64,000 bases of DNA from Bacteroidota bacterium (GTDB taxonomy: Bacteria; Bacteroidota; Bacteroidia; UKL13-3). Location of the stretch: positions 132,215-196,214 of the forward strand of contig JBPXJS010000011.1 in assembly GCA_051715425.1 (NCBI GenBank), read 5' to 3'. The notes under the pieces were generated by a model. That model had not been told where the DNA came from. It saw only the letters and a list, made by a program, of their open reading frames with translations, and did no database searches. Of this stretch, positions 1 through 10,785 are shown one piece after another (the first letter of the stretch is position 1; each line of letters begins with the position of its first letter). Made by a program: the position numbers and the translations under genes.

Positions 1-1932
1 AAAGAAAGCCAGGAAGTGTATGATTTCCTTGCTTCTGTATCCAATAAATATGGAATTGGTTTCTGGAAGCCAGGTGCAGGTATTATTCACCAGGTAGTGC
101 TGGAGAATTATGCTTTCCCGGGCGGAATGATGATTGGAACCGACTCCCACACCGTAAATGCAGGTGGATTGGGAATGGTGGCCATTGGTGTTGGTGGAGC
201 TGATGCCTGCGATGTAATGGCAGGTTTACCATGGGAGCTTAAATTCCCTAAACTGATAGGGATAAAACTAACCGGTAAATTAAATGGCTGGACCTCTGCA
301 AAAGATGTGATTCTGAAAGTAGCAGGTATTCTTACCGTAAAAGGCGGAACCGGTGCCATTGTTGAATATTTTGGTGAAGGTGCTACCAGCATGAGTTGTA
401 CCGGAAAAGGAACCATTTGTAATATGGGTGCCGAAATCGGAGCAACCACTTCTACTTTCGGATATGATGAAAGCATGGAGCGCTACCTGAGAGCTACCGG
501 CCGCAGCGCAGTGGCTGATCTGGCCAATGGCATTAAGCACCATTTAACTGCAGATGCAGAAGTATATGCCAACCCTGAATTGTATTTTGATCAGATAATT
601 GAAATAAACCTGAATGAACTGGAGCCGCATATTAACGGACCATTCTCTCCGGATCTGGCTACGCCTGTAAGCAAAATGAAAGAAGCTGCTGCAGCCAACG
701 GATGGCCAACCAAAGTAGAAGTGGGTTTAATTGGTTCATGTACCAACTCTTCCTACGAAGATATTTCGCGTGCGGCTTCTCTTGCACGTCAGGTGGCTGC
801 CAAACATCTGAAAACAAAAGCAGAGTTTACCATTACACCGGGATCTGAGCAGGTGCGATATACCATCGAGCGTGATGGATTTATCAGCACATTCGATCAG
901 ATTGGTGCCAAGGTATTTGCCAATGCATGCGGACCATGTATTGGTATGTGGAGCAGGGTTGGTGCTGATAAAAAAGAAAAAAACACCATCGTGCATTCGT
1001 TTAACAGAAACTTTCAGGCACGTCAGGATGGAAATCCAAATACCTATGCCTTTGTTGCTTCTCCTGAATTAACAACAGCATTGGCCATTGCAGGAGATCT
1101 TACTTTTAATCCTCTTACCGATTCGCTGCTGAATGAAAAAGGCGAAATGGTAAAACTTGATCCGCCAACAGGTGATGAGTTGCCTACCAAAGGATTTGAT
1201 GTGGCTGATCCGGGTTATCAGGCTCCTGCTGAAGATGGTTCTAAAGTAACGGTTGCAGTAAGCGAAACATCAAGCCGACTGCAATTGCTCGATCCGTTTA
1301 AGGCCTGGGAGGGAACAGATTTATCTGGTTTAAAACTCTTAATTAAAGCCAAGGGAAAATGTACAACAGATCATATTTCACCTGCGGGTAAATGGTTAAT
1401 GTACCGTGGTCACCTCGATAATATTTCCAATAATATGCTCACAGGTGCTACCAATTTCTTTAACGAAAAAATCAACTCGGTTAAAAATCAGTTAACCGGA
1501 GAGTTTGCCGAAGTACCTGCCGTGCAACGTGCATACAAAGCTCAGGGATTGGGTTCTCTGGTGGTGGGTGACGAAAATTATGGCGAAGGTTCTTCACGTG
1601 AGCACGCTGCCATGGAGCCACGTCATTTAGGTGTGCGTGCGGTGCTGGTAAAATCATTTGCACGTATTCATGAAACCAACCTGAAAAAGCAAGGTATGCT
1701 GGCATTAACATTTGCCAATAAAGAAGATTACAATAAAATTCAGGAAGATGATACCATTGATATTATCGGTTTAACATCTTTTGCCCCTGATCAACCCCTT
1801 ACCCTGGTATTCACCCATAAGGACGGAAGTAAAGATCAAATCAATGTAAACCATACTTACAATGCTCAGCAAATAGAATGGTTTAAAGCCGGTGGTGCTT
1901 TAAATATTATTCGTGCCGGTGTTGCAAAATAA
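1..1932 (+). CDS. acnA: aconitate hydratase (aconitase A family), 5'-truncated at window edge
   Basis: Frame is open from base 1. Translation carries aconitase hallmarks (IGTDSHT, GSCTNSS, Fe-S cluster-binding Cys motifs, C-terminal swivel domain). Followed by a hairpin terminator. Confidence 0.9.
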   Translation, partial: KESQEVYDFLASVSNKYGIGFWKPGAGIIHQVVLENYAFPGGMMIGTDSHTVNAGGLGMVAIGVGGADACDVMAGLPWELKFPKLIGIKLTGKLNGWTSAKDVILKVAGILTVKGGTGAIVEYFGEGATSMSCTGKGTICNMGAEIGATTSTFGYDESMERYLRATGRSAVADLANGIKHHLTADAEVYANPELYFDQIIEINLNELEPHINGPFSPDLATPVSKMKEAAAANGWPTKVEVGLIGSCTNSSYEDISRAASLARQVAAKHLKTKAEFTITPGSEQVRYTIERDGFISTFDQIGAKVFANACGPCIGMWSRVGADKKEKNTIVHSFNRNFQARQDGNPNTYAFVASPELTTALAIAGDLTFNPLTDSLLNEKGEMVKLDPPTGDELPTKGFDVADPGYQAPAEDGSKVTVAVSETSSRLQLLDPFKAWEGTDLSGLKLLIKAKGKCTTDHISPAGKWLMYRGHLDNISNNMLTGATNFFNEKINSVKNQLTGEFAEVPAVQRAYKAQGLGSLVVGDENYGEGSSREHAAMEPRHLGVRAVLVKSFARIHETNLKKQGMLALTFANKEDYNKIQEDDTIDIIGLTSFAPDQPLTLVFTHKDGSKDQINVNHTYNAQQIEWFKAGGALNIIRAGVAK

Positions 1933-1954
1933 TTCACATTTATAATCAGATAAA

Positions 1955-1987
1955 GGAAAGCAGCTTTCGGGCTGCTTTCCTTTATTT
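1955..1987 (+). terminator. rho-independent terminator after acnA
   Basis: 10-bp stem ggaaagcagc/gctgctttcc, 6-nt loop, then TTTATTT. Confidence 0.7.
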
Positions 1988-2049
1988 GAAATATTTTTGT
2001 TGGAAAAGTAAATTATGATTTTAACTTTGTATCGCAAAGTACTTTTAAA

Positions 2050-2673
2050 ATGAACAAAGAATCAAACTTCGAAAACGACCTGGCATCCATCCGTCATATC
2101 ATGGAGCGCTCTACCAGGTTTATATCGCTTAGCGGTATATCAGGTGTGTTGGCAGGGGTTTATGCCCTTATTGGTTCGGTAGTAGGGTACATGCTTATTT
2201 ATTATCCCAATTCACCTTTCGGGTACAGGTTTTATTATGTAAATGAGCGGCTCGCTTTATTTTATCTGTTGCTCACCGCAGTTTTGGTTTTATTTTTTTC
2301 TATCTCAACTGGTTTATTCTTTACCATCCGGAAAGCAAAAAAATCAGGCCAACACTATTGGGACAATAATGCCAGGCGTTTTTTTATCAATGCATTTATA
2401 CCGCTGTTTGCCGGAGGAATTTTTATTTTGATACTTATTTTCAGAGGCTACCTTGGAATAGTAGCGCCATCGTGTTTGTTGTTTTATGGAATTGCTTTAC
2501 TAAATGCCAGCAGTTATACACTCAGCGATATCCGTTACCTTGGTTTGTGTGAAATAGCTTTAGGTTTATTGTGTGCTTTTTTCCCTGGTTATGGTCTTAT
2601 ATTCTGGGCAACCGGTTTTGGTATATTACATATTGTTTACGGCCTTATGATGCATAACAAATACGACAAGTGA
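2050..2673 (+). CDS. hypothetical multi-pass membrane protein
   Basis: 207-aa ORF with several hydrophobic helices. 4-bp overlap (ATGA) with the downstream regulator suggests an operon. Confidence 0.55.
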   Translation: MNKESNFENDLASIRHIMERSTRFISLSGISGVLAGVYALIGSVVGYMLIYYPNSPFGYRFYYVNERLALFYLLLTAVLVLFFSISTGLFFTIRKAKKSGQHYWDNNARRFFINAFIPLFAGGIFILILIFRGYLGIVAPSCLLFYGIALLNASSYTLSDIRYLGLCEIALGLLCAFFPGYGLIFWATGFGILHIVYGLMMHNKYDK

Positions 2674-2972
2674 AAGACGAGTTCGCAAATTTTGATAAGG
2701 CATTTGAAAATAAAATAAGGCTGCAAATTATGTCGGTGCTTGTTGTGAATGAGTATTATGAATTTAATACCTTAAAGGAATTGCTGCAGGTAACAGACGG
2801 AAACCTGGCATCGCACCTCAAAGCATTGGAGAAAGAAGGATATATTAATGTAGTGAAGGGTTATAACGGACGCAAACCCAATACAAAATACCTGGCCACC
2901 AAATCTGGCAGGCAGGCTTTTATAAAGCACCTTGATACATTAGAAAAATTAATAAAAATAAAGAGACCATAA
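2670..2972 (+). CDS. small winged-helix transcriptional regulator (ArsR/MarR/PadR-like fold)
   Basis: 100 aa with a wHTH-like core (LKELLQVTDGNLASHLKALEKEGYI). Translationally coupled to the upstream membrane protein. Confidence 0.5.
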   Translation: MKDEFANFDKAFENKIRLQIMSVLVVNEYYEFNTLKELLQVTDGNLASHLKALEKEGYINVVKGYNGRKPNTKYLATKSGRQAFIKHLDTLEKLIKIKRP

Positions 2973-3015
2973 TTTTTTTGTCTAATCACTTTGAAATGCA
3001 AAGTACTTTTTAAAT

Positions 3016-4383
3016 ATGAATAATTCAAATACATCTCTGCTCGACCGCATGAATAACTGGCTCCGGGAGTCGGTTATGGTCAAAGTAGTATCCATCGGGA
3101 TACTCGTTCTTATTTTACTTATTCCTAAAACATGGGTAAACTCCATTTTAGATGAAAGGGAGTGGCGTGCTTCAGAAGCTATCAATGAGGTTTCGCAAAA
3201 ATGGTCGGGCACACAGAACTTAACAGGTCCGGTGTTGGTAATACCTTATAAGAAAAAAGTGGTAAGGCAAATCACTACCGCTGATAAAAGGATTGTGGAG
3301 CGCATTGATACCACCATATCGGAAGCTTACTTTTTGCCGCATGAGCTAAATATAAAAGGAGAACTAAATCCACAGAACCTGCACCGGGGAATTTTTGATG
3401 TAGTGGTATACCATTCTTCTATCATGATGGATGGGTACTTTGAGAAACCCAATATAGAAGCCCTTGGTTTAAAAAATCAGGATATGTTATGGAGTGAGGC
3501 TTATCTGATTAACGGATTAAGTGATTTAAGGGGAATAGGAGAGAACCCTCAGATAAAATGGAACAACCAGGTTTATCATGCAGAACCTGTAAACAAAGAA
3601 GGCAATGAAGGGCTGTTCAACAAAAATATTGCAGTTAAGATAAAAATTAATCCGGAAGATAGTATGGTTCCATTCTCAACCTCCCTGTCGTTAAAAGGTA
3701 GCAGCCATTTGTATTTTTATCCCTTGGGGAAAACCACAAAGGTGAGCTTAAAAGGTACCTGGGGTAATCCAAGTTTTGATGGTTTTTATCTTCCCGAAAC
3801 AAGAAACGTAGATGCAGATCTTTTTTCTTCTACATGGAAAATACTCAGTTTTAACCGCCCTTTCCCGCAGCAATGGGCTGATCAGGTTTCAGGAGTGGAG
3901 GGTACGGCATTTGGGGTAAACCTCCTGATGCCGGTTGATCAATACCAAAAAAGTATCCGCACATCAAAGTATGGCATACTCATTATCGTACTCACTTTTG
4001 TATCTCTTTTATTAATGGAAATTATTGTAAAAATACGCATCCATCCTTTCCAATATACCCTCATTGGTGCTGCATTAATTATCTACTATACGCTGCTCCT
4101 TTCTTTCTCCGAACATATCGGATTTAACCTGGCTTATCTTATTTCCGCTGTGGCCGTGGTGGTATTAATCAGTTTATATTCTCTTACCTTTTTCAGGAAA
4201 ATAAAAGTTGCAGGCCTGCTCGCATTTTTACTTACCTTATTTTATGCATACATATTTGTGATTACCCAACAACAGGATTATGCCTTGCTGCTGGGTAGTA
4301 TTGGTTTGTTCCTCATTATTTCTGTTTTAATGTATGTATCAAGGAAAATAAACTGGTACGGACAATCACATCAACCCGAATAA
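3016..4383 (+). CDS. creD: cell envelope integrity inner-membrane protein CreD family
   Basis: 455 aa. N-terminal TM, periplasmic domain with the conserved LIPxxWVNSILDEREWRxxEAINEVSQKWSGxQNLTGPVLVIPY block, and a C-terminal cluster of TM helices typical of CreD. Confidence 0.75.
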   Translation: MNNSNTSLLDRMNNWLRESVMVKVVSIGILVLILLIPKTWVNSILDEREWRASEAINEVSQKWSGTQNLTGPVLVIPYKKKVVRQITTADKRIVERIDTTISEAYFLPHELNIKGELNPQNLHRGIFDVVVYHSSIMMDGYFEKPNIEALGLKNQDMLWSEAYLINGLSDLRGIGENPQIKWNNQVYHAEPVNKEGNEGLFNKNIAVKIKINPEDSMVPFSTSLSLKGSSHLYFYPLGKTTKVSLKGTWGNPSFDGFYLPETRNVDADLFSSTWKILSFNRPFPQQWADQVSGVEGTAFGVNLLMPVDQYQKSIRTSKYGILIIVLTFVSLLLMEIIVKIRIHPFQYTLIGAALIIYYTLLLSFSEHIGFNLAYLISAVAVVVLISLYSLTFFRKIKVAGLLAFLLTLFYAYIFVITQQQDYALLLGSIGLFLIISVLMYVSRKINWYGQSHQPE

Positions 4384-4390
4384 AAAACAA

Positions 4391-4436
4391 AGGGCAGGGT
4401 GATTATTGAATTCCCTGCCCTTCTCTATATTTTTAC
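4391..4436 (+). terminator. hairpin terminator after the creD-like gene
   Basis: agggcaggg...ccctgccct stem with a long loop, followed by a T-rich run. Confidence 0.45.
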
Positions 4437-4453
4437 TCTTTAATTAAACAATC

Positions 4454-4963
4454 ATGAAAGCAGCACAAGAAGTATATATTAAAAAAATCAGGCTATGGAT
4501 TTTGTTTTTTATTGTAGGTCTGGTATTAAGTGGTATAACAGCTTTTCCGCTAACTGCAGAACTAAAAGTGCTGGTGCAATACACCTCCTGGTTACCTGAA
4601 TCAATAGCCATATTTATTAAGCATGTTTATGAAGTTTTATTGTTGGTAGATACACAATATCCGTTTCTGGCTTATGGCACAGACTGGCTGGCTTTTGCTC
4701 ATATCGTTATTGCCATTGCTTTTTACGGGCCTTACAAAGATCCTGTTAAAAATATCTGGGTTATAGAATTTGGGATGATCAGTTGTGTGCTTATTATTCC
4801 GCTCGCATTCATCTGCGGACCCATCAGGCAAATCCCTTTTTACTGGCAACTCATTGATTGTTCTTTTGGGGTGTTCGGTATTTTGCCTTTGTATTATGTA
4901 CACAAACAAATTAAAAAACTAGAATTACTGATTCATCAGCAACAACACCATGAAGTTAACTGA
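4454..4963 (+). CDS. hypothetical membrane protein
   Basis: 169-aa ORF with 4 predicted TM helices. Overlaps the next ORF by 14 bp, suggesting an operon. Confidence 0.5.
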   Translation: MKAAQEVYIKKIRLWILFFIVGLVLSGITAFPLTAELKVLVQYTSWLPESIAIFIKHVYEVLLLVDTQYPFLAYGTDWLAFAHIVIAIAFYGPYKDPVKNIWVIEFGMISCVLIIPLAFICGPIRQIPFYWQLIDCSFGVFGILPLYYVHKQIKKLELLIHQQQHHEVN

Positions 4964-5648
4964 AAGGGGTATTTACCTGAATATATTACATGTTGTTGTT
5001 TTCAGCATCGCTATGGGGTTTCTGGAAACAGCAGTGGTGGTTTACCTGCGTAAAATATATTATCCGGAGGGTTTTTCTTTCCCTCTCAAACAGATGTCAA
5101 CCGATATTGTGATTACCGAATTGCTGCGTGAAGCGGCTACCATCGTTATGCTTCTGTATATTGGTTTTTTCTGCGGTAAAACATTTATACAACGGTTTGC
5201 TTTTTTTCTGCTGAGTTTTGCCGTATGGGATATTTTTTATTATGTATTTCTTAAACTGCTGCTCAATTGGCCACTCACTTTTTTTGAATGGGATATCCTG
5301 TTTCTTATTCCCTTACCCTGGCTTGGCCCGGTATTGGCCCCATGCATTATATCTGCTACCATGATATTGCTGGCGGTATTTATTCTCACTCAACAAAAAT
5401 GTCCGGTTAAACTGAAACATACAGATTGGTTGCTCTTGATTCTCGTAAGCTTATTATACATCTACACCTTTGTTAAAGATCAGTTTCATTTGCTTGAGCA
5501 AAAAAACGGGTCGGATATTTCGGGAGTGTATGTGCCTCAGTCCTTCGACTGGCCTTTTTTTATGATACCTCTTACCCTTTTTGCTCTTTGGTTTATTGTT
5601 TTTGTGAAACGGGAATTAAAACGGGAAACCAACACAGCGGTTGGATAA
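4950..5648 (+). CDS. hypothetical multi-pass membrane protein
   Basis: 232 aa and highly hydrophobic. Confidence 0.5.
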   Translation: MKLTERGIYLNILHVVVFSIAMGFLETAVVVYLRKIYYPEGFSFPLKQMSTDIVITELLREAATIVMLLYIGFFCGKTFIQRFAFFLLSFAVWDIFYYVFLKLLLNWPLTFFEWDILFLIPLPWLGPVLAPCIISATMILLAVFILTQQKCPVKLKHTDWLLLILVSLLYIYTFVKDQFHLLEQKNGSDISGVYVPQSFDWPFFMIPLTLFALWFIVFVKRELKRETNTAVG

Positions 5649-5701
5649 CAATAATACCGGTTTGTTTGTGGTTCACCCATATTATTTCATTTCTTTGAAG
5701 C

Positions 5702-7126
5702 ATGAATTTTTTCAAACCGGTTTTATATTTTCTGTTTATTGTAATAGCGTTTACTGCCTGCCGCACCACCAAGGTTAATCCTGCGTATACACCCGTATCT
5801 GACGATTCTGCTTATGTAAAACCTGTTTCCATTATTGCCGTGCCTGTTCAACTGGATTATAAAACACTGGAAAGAACCATCCACTACCAGTTGTCGCCCG
5901 TATTATACGAAGACCTGAGTTACGAGAATAACAATACCGATGATTTAATGATTCGTATTACCAGAAAAGATACCATTCGGGTTGACGGGCAAGGCAACAG
6001 GCTGAGGTTACAGGCGCCCCTTCACCTCTGGATAAAATACCGTTTCAGAAAAAAAATACTGGGCATCAACCTGGAAGAGCAAATTGAAAAAGACCTCGAT
6101 GTGTTTACCATCATTCAGTCTCAGCTTTCGGTAAACAACAAATGGCAACTTACCGGAAATACACAAACCAGTATTGATACCCGCTTATTACCCGCTATTA
6201 ATATGCCTGGTTTTGTTATTGATTTAAACAACCTGCTTACACCGGTAATACGTGCGCAGGAGAAAAAAGTATCTAAACTGATTGATGAAGGATTACCCAA
6301 ATGGGTTGACCTGAGAACGCTGGTGAATAAACAATGGATGGCTTTGCAAAATCCGCTTTCTCTTGATACGGCTTATAAGGCATGGCTCATTGTGCAACCG
6401 GATATGATCACCATGTCGGATATAACGTTTGCTCCTGACCATGCGAAGTTTGGTTTCAACTTTTTACTTTCAGGAGAAATAAGAACAAGCGAGGGTATTC
6501 CATATGTAAGTAAAAAAATGCTGCCTGATTTGCAAAGAACCCAGGGAATCAATAACGGGTTCAATATTATTATGCCGGTAAGGTTATTATACAAACAGCT
6601 TACCCAAAACTTAAACGCCCAGCTGGCCAATAAGCTTTATACTTTTGAAAACAACAAACACCAGATATTTATTGAGCAGGTACTCGTTTTTCCTGATAAG
6701 GGCAAGTTGGGTGTAGCAGTTGATTTTCATGGGTTATCTGAAACGGGTGTGATGAAGAAAAAACTAAAAGGCAAACTCATTTTAACCTGCGAACCCAAAT
6801 ACGATGCTTCTACCAAAACCCTGCGGTTTCAGCATTTGGAATACAGCGTGGCCACCAGGGATATTTTGCTTAAAACAGCTTCGTGGTTATTACAGGGAAA
6901 AGAGTTTAAACAAAACCTGGAACAAAAATTAGTGCTGCCTTTGGGCAATCAGCTAAGCCAGTTGCGCGAGCTGGCGGGTAAAGCCATCAATACCCAACCG
7001 GCAAAAGATATTTATCTGCAGGGCGATGTAACGGCTGTGGATATAGACGATATCCGTTTGCTAAACGAGTCATGCATTGTGTATCTAAGGGCAAAGGGAA
7101 AAGTGCATTTGTTTTTTAGGCAATAA
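5702..7126 (+). CDS. hypothetical lipoprotein (DUF4403-like)
   Basis: 474 aa. Signal peptide with a lipobox-like FTAC. No catalytic motif recognised. Confidence 0.6.
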   Translation: MNFFKPVLYFLFIVIAFTACRTTKVNPAYTPVSDDSAYVKPVSIIAVPVQLDYKTLERTIHYQLSPVLYEDLSYENNNTDDLMIRITRKDTIRVDGQGNRLRLQAPLHLWIKYRFRKKILGINLEEQIEKDLDVFTIIQSQLSVNNKWQLTGNTQTSIDTRLLPAINMPGFVIDLNNLLTPVIRAQEKKVSKLIDEGLPKWVDLRTLVNKQWMALQNPLSLDTAYKAWLIVQPDMITMSDITFAPDHAKFGFNFLLSGEIRTSEGIPYVSKKMLPDLQRTQGINNGFNIIMPVRLLYKQLTQNLNAQLANKLYTFENNKHQIFIEQVLVFPDKGKLGVAVDFHGLSETGVMKKKLKGKLILTCEPKYDASTKTLRFQHLEYSVATRDILLKTASWLLQGKEFKQNLEQKLVLPLGNQLSQLRELAGKAINTQPAKDIYLQGDVTAVDIDDIRLLNESCIVYLRAKGKVHLFFRQ

Positions 7127-7143
7127 TCATCGATTATAGTAAA

Positions 7144-7794
7144 ATGAATTTTACTACTGCCTCCTCGCTTGTGCGCAGGTCTTTTAAAGAGAACCTGTTG
7201 CTTAAAATTTACCTCGTTGTTTTTGCCATCTGCTGGGTTGTTACTTATATCAATACCACCGATATGGCTAACTGGTGGACAGAAAATGCCCTTACCATTT
7301 TATTTCTGGTTGGTATTACCACTACTTATCGCAAGTTTAAATTCAGCGACCTGAGTTATTCCTTTATTTTTGTGTATATCCTGCTGCATATTTATGGTGC
7401 CGAGTATACTTATGCCGAAAACCCTTTTGGCTACTGGCTTAAAGATGCCCTGCACCTGGAGCGCAACCAATACGACCGGATTGTTCATTTTAGTTTTGGC
7501 TTTATGCTCGCCTATCCCATGCGCGATTATTTTAAGAACTGGTTTCAATGGCCTGTTTGGGTATGTTGGGTGCTTCCCTGCGAAATTACCCTCTCTTTTA
7601 GCGGCATGTATGAATTAATAGAGTGGGGGGTGGCCGATATTTTCTTCCCTGCTCAGGGGCATGCTTACCTCGGTTCTCAGGGTGATGTATGGGATGCACA
7701 AAAAGATATGGGACTTGCTTTTCTTGGTGCCGTATTAATTATGCTTTTGGCATCAACAGTTAAAAGGATGTTTGATAAAAGAAACCTCGCCTGA
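7144..7794 (+). CDS. hypothetical membrane protein (DUF2238/YjdF-like)
   Basis: 216 aa, multiple TM helices, rich in aromatic residues. Confidence 0.5.
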   Translation: MNFTTASSLVRRSFKENLLLKIYLVVFAICWVVTYINTTDMANWWTENALTILFLVGITTTYRKFKFSDLSYSFIFVYILLHIYGAEYTYAENPFGYWLKDALHLERNQYDRIVHFSFGFMLAYPMRDYFKNWFQWPVWVCWVLPCEITLSFSGMYELIEWGVADIFFPAQGHAYLGSQGDVWDAQKDMGLAFLGAVLIMLLASTVKRMFDKRNLA

Positions 7795-7807
7795 GCGAAA
7801 CAGGTTG

Positions 7808-8038
7808 TTAGTGATAAATCAGTTTTATTTTTCCAAGGATCTCGTCTAATCCGTTTATTTTAATATCATAAACCGTTTCCACCATCATACCCAGTTTCCC
7901 GCTGGGGAATCCTTTTCGTTTAAACCATTCGAGGTATGAAACTGGAAGATCGCATATAAGGGTACCTTTGTATTTGCCAAAGGGCATTTTGGTGTTTACC
8001 GTGGCTTTTAGTATTTCCGGATCGGGCTGTTGTTGCAT
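7808..8038 (-). CDS. DUF3820-family small protein
   Basis: 76 aa with the conserved MPFGKYKG...L..LP..YLEWF motif. ATGA overlap with the upstream CvfB-like gene. Confidence 0.6.
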   Translation of the reverse strand: MQQQPDPEILKATVNTKMPFGKYKGTLICDLPVSYLEWFKRKGFPSGKLGMMVETVYDIKINGLDEILGKIKLIYH

Positions 8039-8865
8039 CAGTTTAGCTTAATTCCTTCAGGCGTAATGCTTATCTTTTTTTGCCTGTACAAATTACCAAT
8101 ACTCATTTTAAAGGTTTTTTTGCTGATGCCAAATGCCTTGTAAATTTCATCTGCCGGTGTTTTATCATGATAGGGAAGAAAACCTTTGTGCTCCTTCAGC
8201 ATCAGGATGATTTTATCCGTTTCATCAGCTGCTTTTACATGTCCGGGTTTTCCGGGCATAATATCCAGCTTGTGGTCTTCTTTTATTTTTTTTACAAAAC
8301 CGGTAAGCTCATCTCCGGGGAAATATTCTCTAAAAATTTCATTGTGGTGAATCAACCCCAGGTGTTTGCCATTTACCACCACCTGATAACCCAAATCTGT
8401 ATTGCGGTATATGATGAGCTTTACCAGTTCCATTTCTTTTACCGTAAGCTCTTCATTATTTAACTCATCATCCAGCTTCTCTTTAGCCAGCTCGCGCCCG
8501 GTTACCGGATCGTGAATGATTTTTACAAAACAGGTATCTCCCACTTCAGGGTCGGGAAAATGAAGCGAGCGGGGCATAAACAGATCTTTGGCAATACCCC
8601 AATCCAGAAATACCCCGTGTGGTGTAATATCTATTACTTTTAAGGTGGTTAACTCACCCACACAACCTTTGGCTTTTTTAGTGGTGGCTACTACCTGTTC
8701 ATTATTATCGTGATAAAGAAAAACAAGGAGATCAGACCCTCTCAATATATTGGCAGGTGCTTCTTTGCGTGGCAGCCATACCCCGTCACCACCAGCATCA
8801 AGCATAATGGCGCTTTCTGTTATTTCTTTTACCTTAAGTGTGTGATATGTACCTGTTTGGATCAT
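8038..8865 (-). CDS. cvfB: S1-like RNA-binding protein, CvfB family
   Basis: 275 aa. N-terminal tandem S1-like domains (GxYxxLKV..., GVFLDWGIxKDLF) and a C-terminal winged-helix region. Confidence 0.7.
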   Translation of the reverse strand: MIQTGTYHTLKVKEITESAIMLDAGGDGVWLPRKEAPANILRGSDLLVFLYHDNNEQVVATTKKAKGCVGELTTLKVIDITPHGVFLDWGIAKDLFMPRSLHFPDPEVGDTCFVKIIHDPVTGRELAKEKLDDELNNEELTVKEMELVKLIIYRNTDLGYQVVVNGKHLGLIHHNEIFREYFPGDELTGFVKKIKEDHKLDIMPGKPGHVKAADETDKIILMLKEHKGFLPYHDKTPADEIYKAFGISKKTFKMSIGNLYRQKKISITPEGIKLN

Positions 8866-8973
8866 AAGCTGAGATCACGTTGAACAAACAAAGGTAATAC
8901 AGGAACTACAGCTTTGTGTATTCCTGATTATTTTAAGGGAATTATTAAATTAATTTTCTCTTAAAGGGCAGGT

Positions 8974-10365
8974 CTATATCTCCTTTTCCCACTTGGCTAT
9001 CACGTAGGTGGCCAGGCAATTACCAATCAGGTTCACCGAGGTACGACCCATATCCATAATGGCATCAATAGCCAGTATAGCAAATGCCTTTTGCGGATCC
9101 AAACCCAACGAAGCAACAGTACCTACCAGAATTAAAAACGAGGCACCCCGCACTCCGGCTACCCCTTTTGAAGTAAGCATCAGGATTAAACACATCTGAA
9201 TCTGCTCACCCAAACTTAAATCTACCCCGCATACCTGCGCCACAAACACCGATGCCAGCGAAAGGTAAAGCGTAGTGCCATCCAGGTTAAAACTATATCC
9301 TGTTGGCAATACAAAAGAAACCACCTTACGTGGGATACCCATTTTTTCCAGGTTCTCCATGGCTTTGGGCAAGGCCGCTTCTGAACTTGCCGTAGCAAAT
9401 GCTATAGATAAAGGTTCTGAGATATGTTGTATAAATGTTCGGAACGGTAGCTTTACCAGCAAACCTATAGGAACCAATACCAGCAATATAAAAGCAAACA
9501 AGGCAGCGTATAAAGTAACAACAAGCTTAAGCAGGTTTTGCAATACCCCGTAACCCATGGTGGCAATGGCATAACCAATGGCTCCCCCCACAGCAAGCGG
9601 TGCCATATACATCACCAGGTTGGTAAATTTAAACATCACCTGAGCCAGCCCTTCAATAGCATCCACCATTTTATCCTTTCTTTCGCCCTTTACCTGAGCC
9701 AGCCCTATGCCAAATAAAATACTAAACACCACAATCTGCAGAATCTGATTATCGGCCACTGATTTGGCAATATTTTCCGGAAAAATATCAAGTATCACGT
9801 TATGTGTATGTTTTTGCTCCAGCAACTGTGCGGCCTTCTCTACCTGCGCCTGCCCGGCCTGAAACTCAGCACCCACACCCGCCTGCGATAAGTTAATGGC
9901 CACCAATCCTATAACCAGAGCTACAGTGGTTACCAGCTCAAAATAAATAATGGATTTTAAACCCATACGCCCTACCTGTTTTAAATCGGAATGACCCGCA
10001 ATGCCCACCACCAAAGTAGAGAAGAGCAGGGGAGCAATAATGGTTTTAATCAGGCGCAGAAAAATATCACTGAAAACTTTTAACTCTTTGGCCGCAGCCG
10101 GAAACCACTCAGCCACCTCAATACCCAAAAACATGCACAATAAAATAGAAGCCGTAAGCGATTTTAACCTCCAGGTATAAACACCCATTAAGATGATAAA
10201 TGCCCAGCGAACCAGGTGCAGCAACACAGAAGGAAAAGTGGTTATTTCCATCCACTGCATCACATGCAGGGAAGAATCGAGAAAAAATACGCCTAAAACG
10301 GCAAACAACAGGTTACGGTTTTCTTTCATGCCGCTCAAACCTAAAACAAAGCAAGGTAAAAACAA
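8974..10365 (-). CDS. dicarboxylate/amino acid:cation (Na+/H+) symporter, DAACS family
   Basis: 463 aa with ~8–10 TM segments and GltP/DctA-like signature blocks (LPTGYSFNLDG, MLTSKGVAGV). Confidence 0.85.
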   Translation of the reverse strand: MFLPCFVLGLSGMKENRNLLFAVLGVFFLDSSLHVMQWMEITTFPSVLLHLVRWAFIILMGVYTWRLKSLTASILLCMFLGIEVAEWFPAAAKELKVFSDIFLRLIKTIIAPLLFSTLVVGIAGHSDLKQVGRMGLKSIIYFELVTTVALVIGLVAINLSQAGVGAEFQAGQAQVEKAAQLLEQKHTHNVILDIFPENIAKSVADNQILQIVVFSILFGIGLAQVKGERKDKMVDAIEGLAQVMFKFTNLVMYMAPLAVGGAIGYAIATMGYGVLQNLLKLVVTLYAALFAFILLVLVPIGLLVKLPFRTFIQHISEPLSIAFATASSEAALPKAMENLEKMGIPRKVVSFVLPTGYSFNLDGTTLYLSLASVFVAQVCGVDLSLGEQIQMCLILMLTSKGVAGVRGASFLILVGTVASLGLDPQKAFAILAIDAIMDMGRTSVNLIGNCLATYVIAKWEKEI

Positions 10366-10389
10366 AGAGAATGTGCAGATGTGCAGATG

Positions 10390-10760
10390 TTGAGAAGACT
10401 TGCGGGTTAGCCACGAATGACCACGAATTTATTTATTGAGAAGACTTCCGCGTATTGCCACACGCGTCAAGCCGCAGGCATGAGATTTCACAGATATACT
10501 TTTGAGAAGACTTCTGAGAGTAGTAGCTGCGCCTGTCAAGCTGCAGGCATGAAATTTCCACGAATTTTATTTTAAGACTTTTGCTCCCACTATGGCGGGT
10601 CTATAACCAATGTCTAATGTCCATTGACCAAACCAAGCCGCGCCTGTCAAGCCGCAGGCATGAAATTTCCACAAATTGTATTCACGAATTTTATTTAAGA
10701 TATTAACGCCCGCAATGGACAAGCGAGCCTTGACTCTCGAATTGCCGTACAGGGATGACA
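10390..10760. repeat. cluster of 'E' interspersed repeat units (left island boundary)
   Basis: 3–4 units of ttgagaagactt(c/g)cg...cgcctgtcaagccgcaggcatgaaattt(c)cacgaatt, each with an 8-bp-stem hairpin (catgcctg/caggcgtg). Reverse-complement copies at 31100–31560 and 63220–63372. Confidence 0.85.
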
Positions 10761-10785
10761 ACACTCTCATTCAACATTTCCTCAA

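Noticed and set aside
108-1711. Several small antisense or alternative-frame ORFs inside acnA (108–476, 280–543, 736–996, 872–1072, 1481–1711)
   Set aside because: They are embedded in a strongly supported long CDS. Similar alternative-frame ORFs inside the RND, SecDF, AAA-ATPase, transketolase, OAT and endonuclease genes were dismissed for the same reason.
10567-10770. ORFs 10567–10770 (-) and 31111–31350 (+) encoding nearly identical 67/79-aa peptides (RVKARLSIAGVNILNKIREYNLWKFHA...)
   Set aside because: The identity simply reflects the nucleotide-level E/border repeat read in one frame. There is no RBS/start context, and the ORFs terminate at the repeat edges. They are treated as non-coding repeat sequence.
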